Part shown: positions 9,301 to 15,714 of the stretch, one piece after another
Numbering within the stretch: the first letter of the stretch is position 1
Layout of the letters: each line of letters opens with the position of its first letter
Origin: Bdellovibrionales bacterium
GTDB lineage: Bacteria > Bdellovibrionota > Bdellovibrionia > Bdellovibrionales > UBA1609
Assembly: GCA_050249195.1 (NCBI GenBank)
Contig: JBFWQY010000003.1
Coordinates: 64,023 to 128,022, forward strand
Length of the DNA: 64,000 nt
Direction: 5' to 3'
Made by a program: the position numbers and the translations under genes
Notes under the pieces: model-generated
Database searches by the model: none
What the model was told of the DNA's origin: nothing
Seen by the model: the letters and a program-made list of their open reading frames with translations, nothing else

Positions 9301-10534
9301 GATAATTTGGATACTCGTTAATTCCGGGCGGGCGGGAATGGTAAGCGTTGTCCCACTGAATGCGCCCGTCGGCTTCCATTAACCCGTGACGGAATCGACC
9401 TTCTGAGCTTGGAACGTCCCTTTCCGCATACACTCGCCGGCGTCCTTCGGGATCCTTGAAGGGTGTGTAAAACACAGCACCTCCGCCAGGTGCTCTTACG
9501 TTCGGGACAGTTTCTCCATAGGTCGGCGCGTGGCGAAACTGTGACTCTTCCCAAGTGATTTTGCCATTGACCATCGTGCCCCACTGTGTGCGCACGACGC
9601 CATTCTCCAAAAATTTAGCTTCGGCATGAACCATCGGCTGGCCTCTGTGATTTTTCCAGCCCGAATAGTAAACAGCGCCACCGTTAGGAGCGTGCTCCAG
9701 GAAGATCTTGTCGCCCGGCTTCCATTTGAATCCGGGAGATTTGTCGGGCCGTACCGGAGGGCGATCCCCGGTTGGACGGACGGACTCGGCTGCCTCCGGC
9801 GCATTTCTTAGGGCAGTCTCCCGAGCTTCTTGTTGTTCCCGAGTGAACTCGGGCAGGTATTCCGTTTGACGAGAGGTGTTTCCGGGATAATCCGGACGGC
9901 CAGGTCCGGGGCCTGGTCCCTGTACAGTTAACGATTTATTGCTGGGAATGTCCCCCGCTCTTTCCACGGCTGGATAATTTGTTCCGGGGTGGACCGTCGG
10001 ACGAGAAATCCTCGGGGCCTCCCAAGCAATCTCTCCGGTCTTGTTGTCAATTGTTCCCCAATAGACTCGGGTTCGCCCATTAGGGAAAATTTCTGTACGG
10101 GATTGGACTCGGTAGCGTTGATATTTGTCTTTTAATCCCGTATGGAAAACTTCAGTCCCGGAGGGACTTTTGGCCCCTGGAATGATGTCGCCCGGGCGCC
10201 ATCTTGGCGTACCTGAACCGCCTTTGCTGGATCCAGAGCCGCCGTTGCCGCCGCCAGAGCCGCCGTCCCCTCCGATTTCACCATCAAAGTTTTTCGTCGG
10301 GGGCAGATTAGGGGGAGATTTACCACCGCCGCCAGCCGCAGTTTGAGTTTGAGGTGGCGCCCGCTCACCCTGAGCCTCTGGCGATTGAGCTCCTTGAGGA
10401 GAGACTTTCTCTCTCGTTGCAACGGGCTCAGACGGCGCCTGGGGAGGTGCCGCATGGGCTCGCACAAGAGGTGCGAAGATCAAAGTCCAAGAGATGACGA
10501 TTCGAATCCAAGGGTCAAGTATACGGTAAAGCAT
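6332..10534 (-). CDS. 1400-aa orphan envelope protein: signal peptide, Gly-rich linker, repeat modules, polytopic membrane core, large C-terminal domain
   Basis: Single uninterrupted ORF. The N-terminus WTLIFAPLVRAHA is signal-like and is followed by a GGSGGGNGGSGSS linker. Four related beta-rich modules are present. Several hydrophobic helices span about aa 531-737 (8324-8944). I recognise no known family. Confidence 0.85.
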   Translation of the reverse strand: MLYRILDPWIRIVISWTLIFAPLVRAHAAPPQAPSEPVATREKVSPQGAQSPEAQGERAPPQTQTAAGGGGKSPPNLPPTKNFDGEIGGDGGSGGGNGGSGSSKGGSGTPRWRPGDIIPGAKSPSGTEVFHTGLKDKYQRYRVQSRTEIFPNGRTRVYWGTIDNKTGEIAWEAPRISRPTVHPGTNYPAVERAGDIPSNKSLTVQGPGPGPGRPDYPGNTSRQTEYLPEFTREQQEARETALRNAPEAAESVRPTGDRPPVRPDKSPGFKWKPGDKIFLEHAPNGGAVYYSGWKNHRGQPMVHAEAKFLENGVVRTQWGTMVNGKITWEESQFRHAPTYGETVPNVRAPGGGAVFYTPFKDPEGRRRVYAERDVPSSEGRFRHGLMEADGRIQWDNAYHSRPPGINEYPNYPAQARPAEPIPSNRALTVPEGSAPRDVPSGPRNYEIVPEFTQSAQQARAALEAAEAANQTGSKEWLAGRPSSLRGTLEWNRVKGERLRTTVHNFMEGSGLNAVKGKAIGGTASIARTGGSFYLAFGILTALGLVLMYPNDPRALQAWADAATDPVFYLSFGGFLAAAAPFYIGMGGHGAMATGPVRTVLPHFAAAMIFGGVVSHLMMEMFYDPNFSKCTGWFSQKKTGKFVKDYAACDALYDKYANYQLDNEIAPLIPDILVATSVFFPIYRVLHTPTVAARIGQVVGPVIRVAKVPPLGVTGLIMVGAATLFMGIYAISSSLLPFGKMVSQKFYADNPDLQYPLRATYDWYRAGLTGEYKGGDARAIPSYINEFGNSINDSETKILTEWKRLQANNWKNLYKWERVCLDSSRNYQKVYNCDVPDQVDVHSVIRRYGEIHAEYRNNFLMKATNESFKSWALKVHNYNGLLAASYSFYKNHIDKLLGTDKKPKRGKSGNTDEKEEKVETPEEFRARINELGAEYGDNYKKAWPNVEITDFYDFMITSMACGPEAERYSQPGWLVSVYRYLMARSPKKMSSDSVWDISFYPPRIVEPIPGGSVICSQPTESGPLSFLNHVGLTTGGPYKPHEFPFASKSGQLARGLEQYILENLRTAVVDDKGQNKFDEWWLENVMIPHEALQEQFRKEYAKMLTDNYVPALENASYHYCEPTTAELKIPSLARHLRELGRASDCQAEATHRMPNGIFNSLLDELRLYSALLMDMLESAARVHGKKIAELDELQKQLVLLQGVLLELGMHIHTVNSEKRSDLAKIQTAFFTVSKAISTVSEKILNQLPHVWPEQAAKTSQYKSEADPDKKKTETSSTTVGAEVKGQASPEGKPVYYAGTQDSVGLQPVVAKVEGRHGEIRFRRGWLRNGKISWENKLLDLLPPDTALPAAEKPAKGGGENSHILLIAETLQQQMRTVIIQAVQFRTVLTAFEGGTVIVKGE

Positions 10535-10724
10535 ATCGACAGGTTCAGCAATATGCGTGCCTTGTCAGGTGCTTGAAATCGCTGAAAATTTCAGATCTGC
10601 CCGGATTGCGAGGGTCAGATCAGTGTCTAAGCGGGTACTAACTATAGAGACTTACATAGAAATTACAGCTACACCCCGCGCCCTCTTTTGTCACAGCACG
10701 TGTTCACGCCGGCGCTTCAAGCAC

Positions 10725-11066
10725 TTAACCTGGCGGCCACTCCAGCGCGCGGCCGCCGAGCAAATGCACGTGAATATGAGGTACGGTCTGTCCGGCGTCG
10801 GCGCCATGGTTGATCACGAGCCGGTAGCCGCTGCCAGCGACGCCCTGGTCCCGAGCGACCCGGGCGGCGACGACGAGGAGGTGGCCGAGGAGCTGTTCAT
10901 CCTCGGGCAGGGCAGTCGCGACCGATGAGATTTCTTTCTTTGGAACCACAAGGATGTGGGTTGGTGCCACCGGGGTGATATCCAGGAGAGCCGCGCACTG
11001 ATCGTCCTCGTAGACAATGGTGCCCGGGATCTCGCGTTTGAGGATTTTTGTAAACAAAGTCGCCAT
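10725..11066 (-). CDS. HIT-family (histidine triad) nucleotide hydrolase
   Basis: The ATG at 11066 (MATLFTKILKREIP) follows GAGGAGG. The HIT motif HIHVHLLGG lies near the C-terminus. The upstream part of ORF 10725-11216 is not protein-like. Confidence 0.9.
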   Translation of the reverse strand: MATLFTKILKREIPGTIVYEDDQCAALLDITPVAPTHILVVPKKEISSVATALPEDEQLLGHLLVVAARVARDQGVAGSGYRLVINHGADAGQTVPHIHVHLLGGRALEWPPG

Positions 11067-11118
11067 AAATGAACCTCCTCTGAATCGCGGCCGAAAGCCT
11101 TTTCTCTCGAGCCGGCGG

Positions 11119-12780
11119 TTACATCTCCTTATAGTCGGGCCCGCTGCCGCCTTCGCGCGGGCTCCAGCGGGGGCCGAGTACGTCGGTGGCTTTGCAGTCA
11201 ACGCAATTGGGAGCATTGACGATCAGCTTATCGCCCTGGCGTTCGTAGACGCCGGCCGGGCACATGCTTTGATAAAAGTCGGCGAGCTCGGGCGGGATGT
11301 CTTGGCCGACGATCAGATGAGAGGGGATATCATCGCGGGTCTTGTTGCTGGACATGTAAACGGCGTCGACTTTGCTCAGGCCCACTTTCTCGGTGGGAAA
11401 GTCGGGGGCTTGGAACTGTTTCCACTCTTCGGAATCTTCAGCTGCGTGCCTGGAATCGCCGGGGAATGCCCCGCCCGTCAAGGTCATCAGGGTCGCCTTG
11501 ACGCCTCCGAGGTAAAACCCATCCTTAAAGGCGTGGCGCATGTTGCGCACGGCTTTTAGATCCTTCCATACGAAACTCTCTTTGAGGTCGGCCTCGAAGG
11601 TGGCTAAGCCCTCTTTACTGGTATCGCCGGCTTTCAGGGCTTTGAAAATCGTGCGGGCCGCGAGAATTCCCGACATCATGGCGTAGTGAATACCCTTGAG
11701 AGCGGGCACGTTCACCAAGCCAACCGTATCGCCCACCATCACCAGACCATCTCCGGAGAGACGTTCGGGGATGGCGTGATATCCGCCCTCGGGAATCGTT
11801 TTTGCGCCCCACTCAATGCACGTTCCGCCATCAAGGATCGCGCTGAAGAACGGGTGCTGCTTGAGGTGTTGCAGAAGCAGGTGCACATCCAATTTCGGGT
11901 TGCGGTAATCCAACCCGGCGACCAACCCGAGCGCGACCTGATCCTCGGCCATAGGATATAAAAAGCTTCCGCCAAATGCATCTTTGGGAAGAGGCCATCC
12001 AAGAGTGTGCGCGATAAAGTCGGGTGCCTTTTTCACCTTCCAGATCTCCTTTACGCCGAGGGCGAAGACCTGAGGGAAGGCGGACTGGATGTTTTGCCAT
12101 TGCAGGTAGCTCTGCGCGAGTGGGCTACGCGTGCCGTCGGCGAGCACGACCACTTGCGCGCTCACGTCAGTGGCGGGCATGCCGCTCGCATCCACCGAAC
12201 CATCACGTTTTAACCCCGCGGGCGTCGTGCGCACGCCCAACACGCGCGTGCCTTCGACCAAAAGAGAATCCACCGGAAAACCCGCCATGATATTCACGCC
12301 CGCCTCTTCGGCCTTTCGTCCGAGCCAGCGCACGACTTCGCAGAGCGAGGCGATGTAATAGCCGTGATTCTTCATGGTCGGTGGCGTGGGAATGGGAACG
12401 GCGTTGGTCTTGGTCAGAAGCATCACGCGTTCGCCCGTCACGGGCCTGCGGAAGGGGAAGTCGGAATCTTTCAGCTGGGGAAAAAGCATACGCATGGCGA
12501 CGGGGTTGATCACCGCACCTGACAGGGAGTGGCCGCCCAGAGCTCCGGCCTTTTCGAGAACTCCGATTTCAACGCTCAGCTGGCCGTCTTCTTTCACCAG
12601 GCGTGCGAGCTCAATGGCCCCGGAGAGTCCCGCCGGGCCGGCGCCGACAAACACGACGTCAAAAGGGACAACATCGTCGCCCTCGGGTCGGTGAGAAATG
12701 ATAAACTTTTCCTGCGGAAGTTCGGGCTGGTATTGGCGTGGAACAAAGCGACCGCTGGATTGATTTTCATGAGGGGCCAT
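11119..12780 (-). CDS. Electron-transfer flavoprotein:ubiquinone oxidoreductase
   Basis: N-terminal FAD motif VVFVGAGPAGLSGA, and a C-terminal ferredoxin-like CPAGVYE...NCVDCKATD...PREGGSGPDYKEM typical of ETF-QO. Confidence 0.92.
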   Translation of the reverse strand: MAPHENQSSGRFVPRQYQPELPQEKFIISHRPEGDDVVPFDVVFVGAGPAGLSGAIELARLVKEDGQLSVEIGVLEKAGALGGHSLSGAVINPVAMRMLFPQLKDSDFPFRRPVTGERVMLLTKTNAVPIPTPPTMKNHGYYIASLCEVVRWLGRKAEEAGVNIMAGFPVDSLLVEGTRVLGVRTTPAGLKRDGSVDASGMPATDVSAQVVVLADGTRSPLAQSYLQWQNIQSAFPQVFALGVKEIWKVKKAPDFIAHTLGWPLPKDAFGGSFLYPMAEDQVALGLVAGLDYRNPKLDVHLLLQHLKQHPFFSAILDGGTCIEWGAKTIPEGGYHAIPERLSGDGLVMVGDTVGLVNVPALKGIHYAMMSGILAARTIFKALKAGDTSKEGLATFEADLKESFVWKDLKAVRNMRHAFKDGFYLGGVKATLMTLTGGAFPGDSRHAAEDSEEWKQFQAPDFPTEKVGLSKVDAVYMSSNKTRDDIPSHLIVGQDIPPELADFYQSMCPAGVYERQGDKLIVNAPNCVDCKATDVLGPRWSPREGGSGPDYKEM

Positions 12781-12923
12781 TGGGATAAAGCTCCTTACCG
12801 CTTAAATTTTAAGCTTGAGAGGTTAGGGGCTGTTTTTTGATTTAGCAAGCCTTTGTCCGCCGCGGATTGACGGCTGCGTGGGGTTGGGGGAAGCTAGGGA
12901 AAGAGTGATGAGGTGCCTGCGAT

Positions 12924-13328
12924 ATGGCTGTTTTTCAGCGCAATGGCCGAGTGATGACCTACTCCATTGAGCCTGCTCCCGTGGACTTTGACTTGGTCCT
13001 TGTGCAGGGCGCCCGATTTGCGCCGGAGTACTGGGCGACCGTGCGCGCGGAATTGGCTGGACGGGGACGGCGAGACGGGCGCATCGTCCTTGCGGAATGG
13101 TTTGATTCGAAGCGGAGTGAGCGCGAACTGGCCGAGGACTTCGTTCACTTGATCAAGTCGCTGGGACTCGTCTCTGTTCATGTGGTGGCGGTGGACGAAG
13201 GCGTCGATCTGGTGCGGGACGTGCAGCGGCTGGAGCCACAGCTGATTGAGAAATCCCTTCTTTTTGCCAACGGCGGGTCCAAGCGCGAGGATATGGCGCG
13301 TTCTATTTCCGAATTTTGCGGGTTGTAG
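12924..13328 (+). CDS. Hypothetical protein resembling a truncated, nucleophile-less alpha/beta-hydrolase N-terminal half
   Basis: 134-aa ORF. LVLVQGARFAPEYW...SLGLVSVHVVAVDEGVDLV aligns by eye with the HG...GHSMGG region of alpha/beta hydrolases, but AVDEG replaces G-x-S-x-G. It overlaps the 3' end of ppx by 26 nt in convergent orientation. Confidence 0.5.
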   Translation: MAVFQRNGRVMTYSIEPAPVDFDLVLVQGARFAPEYWATVRAELAGRGRRDGRIVLAEWFDSKRSERELAEDFVHLIKSLGLVSVHVVAVDEGVDLVRDVQRLEPQLIEKSLLFANGGSKREDMARSISEFCGL

Positions 13329-14328
13329 CTCGCCGGAGCGGGCCAAAAGGGGAAATGCCGCTCTTGATAAGCGTTGCATCCACAGTTTCCCAGAACAGGC
13401 CGTTCTTGAGACCCACATCAGGGACCGTGATCTCGTCGATTTCAAAAATCCGCATCAGTTCCAATGTCACCACGGCCGCCGGCAGAATCACATCCGCGCG
13501 ATCTTTTTTCAGTTGAAACCGTTTGATGCGCTCATTGAGATTGAGAGCAAAGAGGGAAATCGTGAGTTCTTGTAAATGATCGCGATGAAAGCGTTTGAAG
13601 GTCCGACTCAGTTTCTGTCTGTAACAAAGCCGTCCCAGGGCGCGAAGATTCCCGCCCGTGCCGATCAGCATCTCGATCGGGTGGGGCTTAACGCCGAGGA
13701 GCTGGATCCGTAAACGGTACAGTGGGGAGCGCACCTCAGCCGCAAAGTCTTCGTATTGAGGACGGCCTTTCGTTTTGGAAAGGAGACGGACCGCTCCCAA
13801 GGGCAGGCTCTTAATGTCTAGGACCTGGCCGCGCCGACTCAAAACAGTCTCAAGACTACCGCCTCCAAGGTCCATTAAAAGAGCTGTGCAGCGCCTCAGA
13901 TCGATGGCGTGGCTTATCGCTTTGTGAAGAAGAGCGGCTTCGCGCCGGCCGCTGATGAGCTGGACCTGAATGCCGGTTTGATCTTTCAGATGTGCGATCA
14001 CTTTGCGTGAGTTGGAGGAGTCGCGCAGAGCCGATGTGCCAATCGCCCGAATCCGGTTTACCTTCAAGCGATCGCAAATTTCGCGAAATTCGGACAGCGC
14101 ACGCGCCAATTCGGCTTGAGTGGCTGGGCGGATGTACCCGGAAGAAAAAGCATCGGCTCCGAGGCGCACGCTCGCGCGCTGGTCCTCCAACACTCTCACC
14201 CGGCCCGACGGGGACCGCTGTCCAACAAAAAGACGGATGGCGTTGGACCCGATATCAATTGAGGCCACCCGCAATGGGTTCGCACGGACCATAGAGTTAT
14301 TTTCGCTGGGGCCAAAGGAACGAGTCAA
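13303..14328 (-). CDS. ppx: Ppx/GppA-family exopolyphosphatase
   Basis: The N-terminal ASIDIGSNAIRLFV and DLGGGSLE motifs belong to the Ppx/GppA ASKHA fold. The gene lies in the same locus as ppk1. Confidence 0.88.
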   Translation of the reverse strand: MTRSFGPSENNSMVRANPLRVASIDIGSNAIRLFVGQRSPSGRVRVLEDQRASVRLGADAFSSGYIRPATQAELARALSEFREICDRLKVNRIRAIGTSALRDSSNSRKVIAHLKDQTGIQVQLISGRREAALLHKAISHAIDLRRCTALLMDLGGGSLETVLSRRGQVLDIKSLPLGAVRLLSKTKGRPQYEDFAAEVRSPLYRLRIQLLGVKPHPIEMLIGTGGNLRALGRLCYRQKLSRTFKRFHRDHLQELTISLFALNLNERIKRFQLKKDRADVILPAAVVTLELMRIFEIDEITVPDVGLKNGLFWETVDATLIKSGISPFGPLRRATTRKIRK

Positions 14329-14345
14329 ACTCTTATTGCTTTCGA

Positions 14346-14801
14346 CTATTGAGGATTTCTAACGCTCTTAAAGCCGGGGTGATCTTTGTCAACGGAGCGG
14401 GAGAACATCTGCTCGGTCATAAAGTTCTTCTCGATTTCCACGACTCGGTTATCTTTCATGCCGACGTTCATCACCAATCCGCGCTGGCGGCCGCGACCGA
14501 GCGAAAAGAAGAAGGGAATGCCCACGGTGAGGACATTGACATCTTTGTACTGAAACACCTTTATGCCATCGGAATGTTTGTGGACAATTCCTTCTGGCAT
14601 TCCCAGCATGTGGATGAGGTCCTGCTCGGTCGTGACTCCAACTTGTATCTTGTTCACTTTCTCAAGGTCTAGATCATGGCCCTGCCAGATCAAGGCACAC
14701 CCGGGCAGGAGGAGGGCCATTGAGATAAGGAGTGCGATGATGCGAAGCAAGTGATGAGATCTCATATTCCGAGCGTAAGAGTGTTCCATCGAGGGTGTCA
14801 A
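14346..14801 (-). CDS. Lipoprotein with SmpA/OmlA (BamE-like) domain
   Basis: Signal/lipobox LLLPGC. KIQVGVTTEQDLIHMLGMPEG resembles the BamE/SmpA_OmlA core. The start is uncertain, somewhere in 14801-14765. Confidence 0.6.
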   Translation of the reverse strand: MTPSMEHSYARNMRSHHLLRIIALLISMALLLPGCALIWQGHDLDLEKVNKIQVGVTTEQDLIHMLGMPEGIVHKHSDGIKVFQYKDVNVLTVGIPFFFSLGRGRQRGLVMNVGMKDNRVVEIEKNFMTEQMFSRSVDKDHPGFKSVRNPQ

Positions 14802-15666
14802 TCTCGTCCCTTATGCAGCTTGTTCAGTAGGGAGAGAGCCTGGTCCAGGACAGCAAGGGCTTCGCTGACCTTTCCTTCTTTGAGCAGGGGTTCAAAACGC
14901 TGCATGGTTATGGCGACCTCAGACACATCAAGTCCCTTGGCTTGGGCGTCTCGAACTTGGGCTAAGACGGTTTCGATTTTCTTGCGCGCTTCGGCCTCGG
15001 GCGCCAGTGAGTTGCCGCGGTAGGGTGTGGTGCCTTCAATAAGCTTTCCGGTATTTAGGAATTTTCTATAGGCGGCTAAAGCCTCTGGTTTCTCCGCCTC
15101 CCATATTCGTGCCTTCGCAAGAAGCCCAAGGGCGTTCTCCTCGCGCCCGAAATTCAGCGTAGAGATCTTCGAAGAGACCCTCCTGGGGATAGGTGCTGAA
15201 ACCGGGTCGGAACTCCTCGCTGAAGGAGACGGGCGGTGGCGCATACCCATTCAAGGCCGAGTAGGACTGATCCGATATGAATCGCGACGGCCAAGTCGAC
15301 TTCAACAGCCACGGCGAACGCATTTCGAATCAGAGCTCGGATCTCCTCATCGCTCATATCAAAGACTATGGGACCCACGGTAAATCCGAGCTTTCGTCCG
15401 CCTTTACCTTTGGTACCAATCTTTGCCAGTACGCCTTTCGCGAACCGGCCGATTTCGTTTTTAGATGTGGCCTCAGGTCTGGTGTAAAAGGCCTCTCCGC
15501 CACACTTATCTTTAGGGACACAGGACACGAAAGTCCCGCGATTTGTAAACATTTGAAAGAGCAAATACCGCGACTCCAGGTCTTTAGCGGACGTGAATGG
15601 AGACGTCGCGAGGATTGAGCAAACAAGGAATGTGTTAAAGAAGGTGCGGACGATTTTTAGTTTCAT
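14798..15666 (-). pseudogene. Secreted protein gene readable only across two +1 frameshifts (pseudogene or sequencing indels)
   Basis: ORFs 15666-15154, 15323-15066 and 15250-14798 lie in three different frames. They join into one protein-like sequence at about 15268-15276 and about 15140-15160. The N-terminus MKLKIVRTFFNTFLVCSILATSPFTSA is signal-like. Confidence 0.5.
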
Positions 15667-15714
15667 TGAGACATTTCAGCATGAGAAGCCGGGTGCTCGC
15701 AAACGGAGATACCG

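Noticed and set aside
11017-11559. 180-aa + strand ORF antisense to the HIT and ETF-QO genes
   Set aside because: Both opposite-strand genes have strong family motifs, and this ORF has none.
12894-13445. 183-aa minus-strand ORF overlapping both the 134-aa + strand ORF and the 3' end of ppx
   Set aside because: It would overlap ppx by more than 140 nt on the same strand in another frame. Its sequence is Arg/Leu/Ser-rich without domain-like features. The + strand ORF looks more protein-like.
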